Positions 25,858 to 34,588 of a DNA stretch of 64,000 bases are shown piece by piece (position 1 is the stretch's first letter; each line of letters opens with the position of its first letter). The stretch lies in IMG/VR virus record IMGVR_UViG_3300047548_001236, positions 218,856-282,855 of that record. One strand, written 5' to 3'. The notes beneath the pieces are model-generated. The model worked only from the letters and a program-made list of their open reading frames with translations, was not told the DNA's origin and made no database searches. The translations under genes were made by a program, and so were the position numbers.

Positions 25858-26365
25858 TTAGATTGGCTGTCCGTAGATATCATAGAGGGTAACCGAGTGG
25901 AACCCCTCATCAACAGAAGGTTCAACATAGCTGCGAACCATACTCTCGATCACGTTATCGGGAATGGTTTTCCCGGGACGATTGGCGAGACGACGGCGCA
26001 GCTCATCCCACTCCGATTGATCTCGGGGCGGCACCATGCAAATGCAATGCCTGGTGTAGATTTTGGGAGTCTTGGCCAAGATGCTGGCTCGCTTCTTGGG
26101 GGACATATTGGTCTGATCCCAGTATACGTCAATTTTACATTCAAACGCCATAGTCAGCAACTCATTCATGCGTTTGGTTGCAGGATCAATATACTTGGAG
26201 AATCCGAAGTCATAGCTCCATCCATTAACATTGGACCACTGTTCAATCAGGGCATCGGTGCTGTATACGAATACGTCTCCTCCGAACTCAGGATCATCAA
26301 CGAACTTCAGAAAAGACGACTTGCCAGAACCAGGCAACCCCCACGAGAACAGTCATGTTACGCAT
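25858..26365 (-). pseudogene. AAA_33 / polynucleotide-kinase-like P-loop protein with a +1 frameshift in a G5 run
   Basis: ATG 26365 (GGAGG SD, abuts the upstream TGA) reads MRNMTVLVG. Removing one G from GTGGGGGTT (26338-26342) restores VG-LPGSGKSS; downstream YSTD, WDQTN, RPGKTIP. Confidence 0.75.
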
Positions 26366-26560
26366 TCAGCGAATCCCTCCAATATTTTGCTCACACCACA
26401 CACTGTGGAGCTGCTCCATAACAGCCTTGATATCTCGGTTCTCACGATCAGACAAGCGGATTTCATTGCCGTTGACCATATTGACAACTCCTCGGTCAAT
26501 ATTAACCGAGGAGACGTTATCCAAATTGATGATGTGGGTTTGGGTAAAGAACAGTCTCAT
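26366..26560 (-). CDS. Small hypothetical protein
   Basis: GAGG SD before ATG 26560. Confidence 0.55.
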   Translation of the reverse strand: MRLFFTQTHIINLDNVSSVNIDRGVVNMVNGNEIRLSDRENRDIKAVMEQLHSVWCEQNIGGIR

Positions 26561-26571
26561 TAGGTTTCCTC

Positions 26572-26859
26572 TCAGAACATAACAGAACGAACGATTTCGA
26601 CGGGAGCGCCAAGATCGCGAACACGAAACTTTTTGCGAATCGAACAGCCGTGCTTGTTGCAGAAGTCGGCGTACCACTGCTCATCACTACGGCACTGGTT
26701 GTTTGCAGCTTCTTCGGTGGTGAACGACCACTTCAACTGCCAGTAGTTGTCAGGATCAATTCCGTTCAGACGCATTTGAGCTTTGTGCTCGGCCGGAAGA
26801 TCTTCAAGATACTCGACCACGAACTGGTTGATACGCTCGATGTAGGTTTCGTTTTCCAT
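26572..26859 (-). CDS. Early hypothetical protein
   Basis: AAGGAG SD before ATG 26859; follows an early promoter. Confidence 0.6.
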   Translation of the reverse strand: MENETYIERINQFVVEYLEDLPAEHKAQMRLNGIDPDNYWQLKWSFTTEEAANNQCRSDEQWYADFCNKHGCSIRKKFRVRDLGAPVEIVRSVMF

Positions 26860-26885
26860 GGCTGATCTCCTTTGCCTATGCAATG

Positions 26886-26914
26886 GATATAGGATTAAAA
26901 CGTAGTGAAGTCAA
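26886..26914 (-). promoter_or_regulatory. Sigma70-type early promoter TTGACT-N17-TATATC
   Basis: 17-nt spacer; CC-TATAT motif. Confidence 0.72.
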
Positions 26915-26921
26915 CCAGCTT

Positions 26922-27563
26922 TCACCGATTGACTTCAACTTCCATGAAATAATTTGCAGAGCCTTCGTCGATAAGATCACGAATCTCATCAGCGGTATCA
27001 GTGATCGAGTACTTGTAGCTGGTCGAAGTGTACGATTTCTTTTTACCTTCGATGATATCCAGCATCAGCCGCTTGAGAATGTGCCAGGTGTAGGAGAAGT
27101 CTGAGAACCAGATCTTCTCTTCGGCCAGCCGCAGCATCTGCTTGTCGACCCCTTTCGGAGCCCACCCTCGAGCAAACATCTCATCGAGATTATGGTCCCA
27201 ACAGTGCTCCTTGACATAATCATTGACGAGGATTGCATAGTCGTTGTACTGATCAGCCAGTTTCTCAACCGAAATCACAAATGTATCGCTGGCACCCACA
27301 TAGCTATGATCGCAGCAACGACATTCCGTGTAGACTGTCTCCGTGATTGCGGCTCGTTGATCGCGGAAAGTCGTGGGATCGACGATGGGTAGTTGAGGAA
27401 TATGTTTGTAAACTCCAAGGGTACGGAACCCCCAGGCAGTCAACAAACCGCTGCTATCCACATAACCGTTACGTTTCAGAGACCGAAGCGTCCGACCGTC
27501 AATTTGACCACCTCCGTGAATTGTTTGAAGGTGGGTGATGATCGCAGCGTTGTTCATTTTCAC
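26922..27563 (-). CDS. Early hypothetical protein, possible N-terminal winged-helix-like segment
   Basis: AAGGAG SD; GRTLRSLKRNGYVDSSGLLTAWG segment. Confidence 0.6.
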   Translation of the reverse strand: MKMNNAAIITHLQTIHGGGQIDGRTLRSLKRNGYVDSSGLLTAWGFRTLGVYKHIPQLPIVDPTTFRDQRAAITETVYTECRCCDHSYVGASDTFVISVEKLADQYNDYAILVNDYVKEHCWDHNLDEMFARGWAPKGVDKQMLRLAEEKIWFSDFSYTWHILKRLMLDIIEGKKKSYTSTSYKYSITDTADEIRDLIDEGSANYFMEVEVNR

Positions 27564-27583
27564 ATTCTCCTTTTGTCTAAACA

Positions 27584-27612
27584 GATATAGGAGGGTTCGT
27601 ATACAGATTCAA
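27584..27612 (-). promoter_or_regulatory. Sigma70-type early promoter TTGAAT-N17-TATATC
   Basis: 17-nt spacer; CC-TATAT motif. Confidence 0.7.
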
Positions 27613-27630
27613 CAAGTATATTGTAAATGA

Positions 27631-27879
27631 TCACCACTCAACCACGTTGACACGGAACGATGCAAACGATGAGATGTCGATCACGCAATTGTGGATATTG
27701 ATGTACCCATTACCATCGCTGCTGTTGAACACTTGTTTGATCAGGTTCTTAATCTGATCGATCCCCTCTTGAATCTGTTCAGCGTCAGCTTCATCATCGA
27801 TGGGAGCTGTTTCAAGCAGCACCCAGTGGACACCACCATTCTTGAGAAGACCTTCGATGCTCAGCGATTTCTTTGCCAT
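27631..27879 (-). CDS. Small hypothetical protein
   Basis: GGAG SD; tight packing. Confidence 0.55.
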   Translation of the reverse strand: MAKKSLSIEGLLKNGGVHWVLLETAPIDDEADAEQIQEGIDQIKNLIKQVFNSSDGNGYINIHNCVIDISSFASFRVNVVEW

Positions 27880-27882
27880 GAT

Positions 27883-28188
27883 TCAGCTCCAATCCATTTC
27901 CACAAATTCGGTGCGACCACCGGGTTCAATGCGTTTGCCTTCAACGATGATGGCAACGGGACCATTCCACTCGTACCACATACCATCGCGAACGGTTTCA
28001 CGAGACGACCATCCAATATCACGGAAGTCGCCGATGCACAGACCATACGCATAGCCAGATGCATCAATCACTTCGATAACTTCACCGGCCTTGATCTTTT
28101 CGATTGCTTCGGCCAGCAGTTGCTTCTTTTGTTGGTAGGCTTCGATCATTGTGTTGTCTCCCATCGACAGCAAAGGTCCTGTCATCAC
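27883..28188 (-). CDS. Hypothetical protein
   Basis: ORF in gene-dense run. Confidence 0.55.
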   Translation of the reverse strand: MMTGPLLSMGDNTMIEAYQQKKQLLAEAIEKIKAGEVIEVIDASGYAYGLCIGDFRDIGWSSRETVRDGMWYEWNGPVAIIVEGKRIEPGGRTEFVEMDWS

Positions 28189-28225
28189 TGCTCAGTCCTT
28201 TGCTGTCGTTGTAGGAGATATAGGA

Positions 28226-28876
28226 TCACTCTTCTGGAGTGTCAACAGTCTCAATGACTTTTTTCTGAGCTTTTTTCTTAGCACCTTGTTGCTCAGACTT
28301 CTTTTGGCGAGCCTTGAGTCGCTTGATCACCTCATGACCATCCATCCAGATGTCCTTGTTATTGAGGATGGATACGATTTCTTCTGGAGACAGGAAGTCG
28401 TTGTAGATCTCTTTGAGAAGACGCTCAGACCACTTGCGTTCATGCTGTAGCTGGTCGAACATCTCACCACCTTTACCAAACACGCCTGAGCTGTAGTTAT
28501 GGAACATGAACATCGAATGCTCAGATACTTCGAATGTTTCAGCACAAAGGAAAATCATGGTTGCCGCTGACATGCATGCACCTTCGACAGACATGATCAC
28601 TGTTGCTGCAGTCTCTTGTAGCACTCTCATAAACTGAATTGCAGTGAACACATCACCGCCATATGAGTTGATGTAGATCTTGACAGCATCATTCTCACCA
28701 GCATGACGGATCGTATCGAACCATTGGATATATTCATCTGCTGATTCAATATCACCGCTGAGGTAGAACTCGTGGACGTTGATGATAGGCTTTGTGAAGA
28801 ACCTTTCATCCTGTTTTTGCGATTTCCCAAATATGTCCAGTAGGTCTAGCTTGCCGCCTGTTTTGTTATTCTTCAC
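28226..28876 (-). CDS. clpP: ClpP-like (S14) serine protease
   Basis: IYINSYGGDV, GACMSAAT (catalytic Ser), MFMFH (catalytic His), DIWMDGHE. Confidence 0.85.
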   Translation of the reverse strand: MKNNKTGGKLDLLDIFGKSQKQDERFFTKPIINVHEFYLSGDIESADEYIQWFDTIRHAGENDAVKIYINSYGGDVFTAIQFMRVLQETAATVIMSVEGACMSAATMIFLCAETFEVSEHSMFMFHNYSSGVFGKGGEMFDQLQHERKWSERLLKEIYNDFLSPEEIVSILNNKDIWMDGHEVIKRLKARQKKSEQQGAKKKAQKKVIETVDTPEE

Positions 28877-28889
28877 GTTGATGTCCTTC

Positions 28890-29462
28890 TCAGAAGTTGT
28901 GATTTTCTTTATATTGCTTGAGCCACTTCAACGCGGCTTCTCTCTCTCTTTCCCAACGGGGAATGTGTATGTCCCAACCAACAGAGTCAGGCCATGTATC
29001 CGATTTTTTATATTCCGGGATTTTCTCAAGATTGGCAATAGCTTCGTCAATGGTGAGGTTACCATCCTTACCAAATGCACCACGAACCTTGTAAGCGGGG
29101 TGCTTACCAAGCCCTTCAAGGGTACTGATCCCCAATGCTTCTTCGACGTGACAACGGATACAGGAGCAGGGAACACATATACAATCACCCATATGTTCGG
29201 CGTTCAGATAACTGAGGAACGAGGTGACTTCTTCGGACTCGGTTGTCATGTTGCAGATGGGGCCCCATTTGGCGAGTTTATTACTGACAGCTTCGAGAGT
29301 CGGGATGTTGTCTTTATCGATTTTGCCATCGAGCCACATATGGACGGAACATAGAATTTCAGTATATTCTTCATTTTGTAAGTAGAGAACGACACGTTCC
29401 TTGTCACGTTCGTCGACCTCTATAGTAGTGTTGAATGGGTTTGGTTGCCAGTTAATTTTCAT
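28890..29462 (-). CDS. Hypothetical protein with HMGDCICVPCSCIRC cluster
   Basis: ATGA overlap; Cys/His cluster. Confidence 0.6.
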   Translation of the reverse strand: MKINWQPNPFNTTIEVDERDKERVVLYLQNEEYTEILCSVHMWLDGKIDKDNIPTLEAVSNKLAKWGPICNMTTESEEVTSFLSYLNAEHMGDCICVPCSCIRCHVEEALGISTLEGLGKHPAYKVRGAFGKDGNLTIDEAIANLEKIPEYKKSDTWPDSVGWDIHIPRWEREREAALKWLKQYKENHNF

Positions 29463-29728
29463 TCGTCGTATATCTCCAGTCTCGCTTGCTTTGCACGGTA
29501 TCCTCCGTCGTGCCAACGTTGGATGCGAATCGACAGTTCGCCCTCATCTAAAGGTACAAGATTAGTTTGGCAGTGCTTTCTCCAGGCTTGTCTAGCTGTC
29601 TGAGCAAACGTGCCGTGACTCATTTCGGGCCAGATTTTGTCTTTATGTTTGACGTCCCACGGAGAAAGTGGAGGTACAATCACCCACCCATCGAGATAGT
29701 ATGTTTTGGTTTCATTTGGTTTCGTCAT
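29459..29728 (-). CDS. Hypothetical protein
   Basis: GAGGTG SD. Confidence 0.55.
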   Translation of the reverse strand: MTKPNETKTYYLDGWVIVPPLSPWDVKHKDKIWPEMSHGTFAQTARQAWRKHCQTNLVPLDEGELSIRIQRWHDGGYRAKQARLEIYDE

Positions 29729-29984
29729 ATGGTGTCACCTCAAAACGGCAATGCGATAGCCACTGCGGCTCTATATACTGTTTGGCTACTTCATGGAATC
29801 GTTCTTTCCATCTCTCAACACCTTCATCTGACAGACGACTAAACGTATAGTCTACTTTATGCGGAGGAACGATGGATCTCCAGAACACCTTTTCGTAATT
29901 CTGGGTGATTAGGATTCTCTCAATGTTTGACAGAGCTTCATCGCCTGTAAACGGAATAGTCACTTTCAGCTTGTTACTTGGCAT
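29712..29984 (-). CDS. Hypothetical protein
   Basis: Tight packing. Confidence 0.5.
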   Translation of the reverse strand: MPSNKLKVTIPFTGDEALSNIERILITQNYEKVFWRSIVPPHKVDYTFSRLSDEGVERWKERFHEVAKQYIEPQWLSHCRFEVTPYDETK

Positions 29985-30342
29985 CCCAATAGTCCTTTGG
30001 CATATTGGTCCAAGGAGTAGACCAGTAGAACACGATCCAGTACAGATTCAATTGAGCGTGAGGGCAATCGTACCAAAACTTGTGTAGGCCAAACACAGGC
30101 CATCCTAGCACTGTTTTGAACCAACCATCATCCGAGCTTTTTCTCAATGCATCGCGCATCTCTTTATCGATTCGACCGACTTTGAAGTAGTAGAAGTAGT
30201 GATCAGTGCCGAGTGTCTTCTCGGTCTGGTAGAATTCAATCCCTTCACGGACGATCTTAAAATTCCAGGGATACTGTTTCAACTTTCCTGATCCTTCTTT
30301 GAACTCATCGTATTGAGGTAAAGCTCGTATGCAGACTCGCAC
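29974..30342 (-). CDS. Hypothetical aromatic-rich protein
   Basis: GGAG SD; overlaps the upstream ORF. Confidence 0.5.
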   Translation of the reverse strand: MRVCIRALPQYDEFKEGSGKLKQYPWNFKIVREGIEFYQTEKTLGTDHYFYYFKVGRIDKEMRDALRKSSDDGWFKTVLGWPVFGLHKFWYDCPHAQLNLYWIVFYWSTPWTNMPKDYWDAK

Positions 30343-30464
30343 GCATCACATTGTTTACCATCTACTTCTCCATAACCACCATTACAGGTGTTGTTTCCAC
30401 ACTTACCGCATATGACAACGTCGTGCTCACATAAACTACAGTAGTCCCAGTAATGATTCATCAT
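30279..30464 (-). CDS. Small Cys-rich (Zn-finger-like) protein
   Basis: CSLC, CGKC..NTC, CDAC motifs. Confidence 0.6.
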   Translation of the reverse strand: MMNHYWDYCSLCEHDVVICGKCGNNTCNGGYGEVDGKQCDACESAYELYLNTMSSKKDQES

Positions 30465-30739
30465 CAGTCCTTTTCATACACATAAAACGTTGGCTCGTAA
30501 TCAAGCTCGAACGAGAAGTCGGTGGGTTTGTTAACGCCCTGCTGTTTGACTCGAACAGTAGACTTGCCGTTATCGTTACGCATCCACTCCCAACCATCCA
30601 TGTTGCTGTGAGCATATTGAAGGAACTTTTCAGCGACCAACGACTCCCACCCAGGGTATTCCATCATTGTCCAGTGCTCATCGTCGTCATCTTCATCGCC
30701 GACAATCCAAGCCTGATACTCAACCTGCGAGCCCATCAA
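30464..30739 (-). CDS. Hypothetical acidic protein
   Basis: GAGGTG SD; TGATG coupling. Confidence 0.55.
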   Translation of the reverse strand: MMGSQVEYQAWIVGDEDDDDEHWTMMEYPGWESLVAEKFLQYAHSNMDGWEWMRNDNGKSTVRVKQQGVNKPTDFSFELDYEPTFYVYEKD

Positions 30740-30981
30740 TACACCTCTCTATGATTCGTATGTTCTACAAATCCACACAACGCGCATGTTCTAACGTCGT
30801 AATAACCGTCAAGTCTTCCATATTCATCATCTGTTGACTTATGCTGGACATTGACAAAGTTGTCGGGGTGAGGACACGCAGCCTGAAAATCTTTAATCTC
30901 CTGACGAAGACCTTTGATCGCTTGCTCGTGATCCTCTATATCTTTATATATCTGAACCAACGGTCTCTTTGCTTTAACCAT
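30736..30981 (-). CDS. Small coiled-coil plus CPH/CALC protein
   Basis: Start moved to MVKAKR next to the upstream stop. Confidence 0.5.
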   Translation of the reverse strand: MVKAKRPLVQIYKDIEDHEQAIKGLRQEIKDFQAACPHPDNFVNVQHKSTDDEYGRLDGYYDVRTCALCGFVEHTNHREVY

Positions 30982-31210
30982 TCTTCTTTTTCTCCAATCG
31001 GTAGGCGCCTTCTGGCTTATCAAGGGATGCAAGAAAATCGTCGAACATGTCAGGAGACATAACGATTTCAACATGATTGTCGATATCCTCATTCCATTGA
31101 CGAATGATAATACAGTCATCGTATAGGTTAAACGTCACGTCTTCATGGAATCCACTATCATCGAGGATAGTGATTTTAACCTCATCCAATTCCATTTCTG
31201 TCGTAAACAT
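30974..31210 (-). CDS. Small hypothetical protein
   Basis: AAGGAG SD; TGATG coupling. Confidence 0.6.
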   Translation of the reverse strand: MFTTEMELDEVKITILDDSGFHEDVTFNLYDDCIIIRQWNEDIDNHVEIVMSPDMFDDFLASLDKPEGAYRLEKKKNG

Positions 31211-31596
31211 CAGATAGTCTCCTTCCAGAAGGTGTTCTTGATATCTTGCCACACCTGCTCCGCGACATCATTGTTGGGCATACGGTAGGTGTGCTTTGTC
31301 TCCCCATAAGAGATTGTCACCATGGGGGATTGCCAGTATGTATAATCCCAACCGCTACCCCATAGCTTGAACGGTGTGTAAAACCTGCTAAGAGTAGGAT
31401 GTTTCTTCTTCCACAGCTTAACCAAGCGACGATTAACAACCACATCGGGATGGCTACGCCGGCCTTTAGACCAATACACTCCTAGCAGTTGAATAGTGTT
31501 AATGTGCGCAAAACGAGGTTCATCTTCGTTTTTCATAGCAGGTAATGGATACTTCACTAAATGTTCTGTTGGCGTATCTGTCATATCAAACTCCAA
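31210..31596 (-). CDS. Hypothetical protein
   Basis: Tight packing. Confidence 0.55.
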   Translation of the reverse strand: MEFDMTDTPTEHLVKYPLPAMKNEDEPRFAHINTIQLLGVYWSKGRRSHPDVVVNRRLVKLWKKKHPTLSRFYTPFKLWGSGWDYTYWQSPMVTISYGETKHTYRMPNNDVAEQVWQDIKNTFWKETI

Positions 31597-32035
31597 ATTT
31601 CAAAGTAATGTCGTCTCGAATCTCCATCAGCAGTTTGCCAAGCATATTCTTGCCCGTGCCGATAGGACATTGGCCCCAGAACCTATCGTTCCATGTATTC
31701 CCTTCGATCAGCTCACGCGGTGCTGTCGATTGAAGCCAGCTATACAAAGGTACGTCAGACCGGAATGGAGAAAACTTGCGCTCGAGGATTCGACGCATCT
31801 CCATCACTTTAATCTGCTCCCAATCATCTCTAAGTTTTATCGTGCGACCGAACTTCTTCACCTGATACGGCGATGCGATTTTTGAGATCTTTTCTCGCAG
31901 CTCTTCGTCTTTTGTCTTGGCAGCGACATACGCATGTTCAGACGAAGGATACGTCAACCCTTCATAAGCAACGTCAGCCATAAACATATTTGACAAAAAG
32001 AAGTAGCGATCTTTGAAACTTATTATGGGCTCCAA
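31586..32035 (-). CDS. NADAR-family (YbiA-like) ADP-ribose / N-glycosidase
   Basis: FFLSNMF, YPSSEHAYVAAK, KKFGR, DDWEQIK, LIEGNTWNDRFWG, GKNMLGKLLMEIR; probable TTG start at 32035 after AGGTGA. Confidence 0.88.
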   Translation of the reverse strand: MEPIISFKDRYFFLSNMFMADVAYEGLTYPSSEHAYVAAKTKDEELREKISKIASPYQVKKFGRTIKLRDDWEQIKVMEMRRILERKFSPFRSDVPLYSWLQSTAPRELIEGNTWNDRFWGQCPIGTGKNMLGKLLMEIRDDITLKFGV

Positions 32036-32298
32036 TTTTTCACCTGTTTGTTTCCATGACAATACATGCAAGCCGTGTACGACTCGAATCCGTTCACCTT
32101 ACCACGCTCATTCTCTGTAAATCCACAGAAATGTCCGGTCCGATGAATACCAATCATGCACCGGAACCAGTGATAAAAGAAACGGCGATAGCCCTTGAAG
32201 CCATCACCATGGGTTTGAGCTTCAAGGGCAATATTGATCCAGCGTCCAGAATACCAGACGAATACTCTTTTGTGCTTGAACAGAATGGGGAATCTCAT
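32023..32298 (-). CDS. Hypothetical protein
   Basis: ATGA overlap with the upstream stop. Confidence 0.5.
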   Translation of the reverse strand: MRFPILFKHKRVFVWYSGRWINIALEAQTHGDGFKGYRRFFYHWFRCMIGIHRTGHFCGFTENERGKVNGFESYTACMYCHGNKQVKNWSP

Positions 32299-33110
32299 GT
32301 CCACAGACTCTTTCTAACTTTAATCAGACGAATCAACATTTCCGTGTCCTCTTCATCATACTGACGTTCAATTTCACGGTTTTTGTCCATAATCGCACGA
32401 AAAGCGTCGCGATCTTCCTCAGGATCATCATCAAACATATCAATGCCGCGTTTGCGCTGTTGTTCGCTGTGAGCTTCCCAGCCACTAACAACGTACGGAT
32501 CGGGACGGTTAGGACGAATCTCCGTCCACCATTTGTAAAGCTCTGTGATCTCGGTAGCAGCAATTGCTTGAGCTGTGGGCTTGGCTTCGTGCTTCTTGTC
32601 TTCTTCGAGCCACTCTTCGTCCGTAAGCTCGGACGCCCATTTCAAGTGATCGAGTCCAGCCTCACGGTTGCGATACGTACGAAGGCGCCATTTACCAGCT
32701 TGCCACCACTTCTTATCTTTCAGCTTTTCTTCGTCCCAGCGGATGTTGGAATACGCTGTCTCAATCTCGACGAAGTCGACTAGTTCGTCAAACATGCAGT
32801 ACAGCATACGCTCACTCAAATCCATGAAGCTGCCAGGTTTCACATGTTTGGGATGAGCGACCAACGCGTGAGCTTGATCGATCCACCGATTGACGATGTA
32901 GTACTTAATATTGTACATCTTGTCAGTAGGCCAATAGACGATCTTTTGAAGATGATCCAAACCCTCCTCTGCAAGCCAGTAACGAATGGGATGGTTAGCC
33001 TTTGCTTCGGCTTCCCACTTCTTCCATCCAGAACCGCTCTCAGCGTGTGGTTTCTTCGTTCCTCTCAGCCAATCGGCGAATTTGGAACAACTCCAGTAGC
33101 TGCTACGCAT
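32295..33110 (-). CDS. Trp-rich hypothetical protein, 271 aa
   Basis: Long ORF; YWSCSKFADWLRG...ELYKWWT...MLIRLIKVRKSLWT recalled from T4-like phage hypotheticals. Confidence 0.7.
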   Translation of the reverse strand: MRSSYWSCSKFADWLRGTKKPHAESGSGWKKWEAEAKANHPIRYWLAEEGLDHLQKIVYWPTDKMYNIKYYIVNRWIDQAHALVAHPKHVKPGSFMDLSERMLYCMFDELVDFVEIETAYSNIRWDEEKLKDKKWWQAGKWRLRTYRNREAGLDHLKWASELTDEEWLEEDKKHEAKPTAQAIAATEITELYKWWTEIRPNRPDPYVVSGWEAHSEQQRKRGIDMFDDDPEEDRDAFRAIMDKNREIERQYDEEDTEMLIRLIKVRKSLWT

Positions 33111-33113
33111 TGC

Positions 33114-33341
33114 TTAACGCCCTTTCAAAAACTCAACAAATTTGTGCTGATCATCCTGCGATTCAAAACAGAGAGTGTGTGAGTACATGTCAGTGTACCT
33201 CACAAAACCCCACTGGTGTTGTTTAAGATGAGCTCTGCACCATCTTTTTCCTTCATACTCAAAATCTTCGTCGATTTCCACAGTATAATGCTCTTGGTGC
33301 ATCCACTTCTGCTTATACTCGAATATCTCCTGAGGTGTCAT
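33114..33341 (-). CDS. Small hypothetical protein
   Basis: GAGG SD; ATGA overlap. Confidence 0.6.
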   Translation of the reverse strand: MTPQEIFEYKQKWMHQEHYTVEIDEDFEYEGKRWCRAHLKQHQWGFVRYTDMYSHTLCFESQDDQHKFVEFLKGR

Positions 33342-33670
33342 CCATGCCTCTCAAATGCATCTGCCATCATCTGTTTGTAATTGTCGAGCTCGGTGCGAGC
33401 TTTTTCAGACACGATCATCGGATCATCCCAATTAATCATGTTCTGTTCATCGGTCACCCCAATTTCACATCCACACCCCATATCGAGCCAGTCGTGCAGA
33501 GTTACAGGTTCTTTCCCATTGAACTCAAGAAAATCTACTAGGCAGTGAACGCAGACGTACCCTTGTACCCAGTCTTTGAATTCCTGATGAGAATTGAACG
33601 ACCATTCAGTCGCTGTAGAATCAGGAAACGGAGAAGGTTCCCCCGCGGGATAATATTCAACGACGATCAA
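33338..33670 (-). CDS. Hypothetical protein (CVHC, CGC motifs)
   Basis: GAGGAG SD. Confidence 0.55.
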   Translation of the reverse strand: MIVVEYYPAGEPSPFPDSTATEWSFNSHQEFKDWVQGYVCVHCLVDFLEFNGKEPVTLHDWLDMGCGCEIGVTDEQNMINWDDPMIVSEKARTELDNYKQMMADAFERHG

Positions 33671-34028
33671 GCTCTGTTTGCTCCTCTTGACGGATTTTCA
33701 TTTCAGCTTCTGCTTCTTTTTTCGAAGAAAACCAATCACAATCATCAGCATCACGGTCATGTAGATACATCATCCCTTCTGTTGGGTGTTCAATAAAATA
33801 TTTTGTCTCGTCAATGTCCTCAGGAATGACATTGCCAGTGGTGTGAACATCCGCTCTACCCACATACGTGTATTCAGCAACAGAATACACGCGGACTGGC
33901 TTGTCATAGCGATACCACTCAACACCATTTTCATCAACCATGATAATCTTCTTGCGATTGAACACGTGAAGATCTTCGGTCACCTGATATACCTTATCCC
34001 CAAAAGACAGGTTGTTAAACTCAATCAT
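33657..34028 (-). CDS. Hypothetical protein
   Basis: AAAGGA SD. Confidence 0.6.
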   Translation of the reverse strand: MIEFNNLSFGDKVYQVTEDLHVFNRKKIIMVDENGVEWYRYDKPVRVYSVAEYTYVGRADVHTTGNVIPEDIDETKYFIEHPTEGMMYLHDRDADDCDWFSSKKEAEAEMKIRQEEQTELDRR

Positions 34029-34407
34029 TGCTTGTCCTTTCCATTTCAGAAACGGCTTTTTGAAGAATCTCTAGCAGCTCGCTATCCTTTTCATCTTGTT
34101 CTGCTCTATACTGCTGATTTTCTCTCAATGCTTCTTCGTGAACGTGGCTAAACCCTGTTCCATGCACACGCTTCACGTTTTCGATGATACATTCATCGCA
34201 AATAGCGATATCGAGAGTTGTTCCCTTCCCGTCCATCGGATCGAACACGCGTGACCCGTAGTGGCCATAGGTGATAAAGTGCAAACCACCCATAGGATGC
34301 ACTGTTACACGAGACGAGGTGCCGTCAGAGCGCTGGGTTTCATATATCCAGTTTCCCATCTGCCGTCCACAGCAAAAACAATCAATCGTCGCGTCGGTCT
34401 TTACCAT
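34021..34407 (-). CDS. Probable Zn-binding hypothetical protein (CFCC...CDEC)
   Basis: Start moved to MVKTDAT (AAAGGA SD). Confidence 0.6.
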   Translation of the reverse strand: MVKTDATIDCFCCGRQMGNWIYETQRSDGTSSRVTVHPMGGLHFITYGHYGSRVFDPMDGKGTTLDIAICDECIIENVKRVHGTGFSHVHEEALRENQQYRAEQDEKDSELLEILQKAVSEMERTSND

Positions 34408-34588
34408 TTGGGATCCTTTCATACGTTTGTGAGTGTGGAGGATGGACTCCATCGCTAGTGTCGCTGAGCAGCTCGATCTTCGGACCCTTCGGTCTGATGT
34501 TCGATAATGGAATTGATCCTTCTGTGAGCTTTCTCCGTTCAAGATCTTCGAACCATTGTTTCCATTCGATAATCGAACGCTCATTCAT
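34382..34588 (-). CDS. Small hypothetical protein
   Basis: Fills the gap between neighbours; short overlaps. Confidence 0.45.
   Translation of the reverse strand: MNERSIIEWKQWFEDLERRKLTEGSIPLSNIRPKGPKIELLSDTSDGVHPPHSQTYERIPNGKDRRDD

Noticed and set aside
34021-34584. 187-aa ORF as called in the track
   Set aside because: Its 5' third overlaps the real-looking 34382-34588 ORF. The better start is ATG 34407 with an SD, so it was re-called as two genes rather than an unusual overlap.
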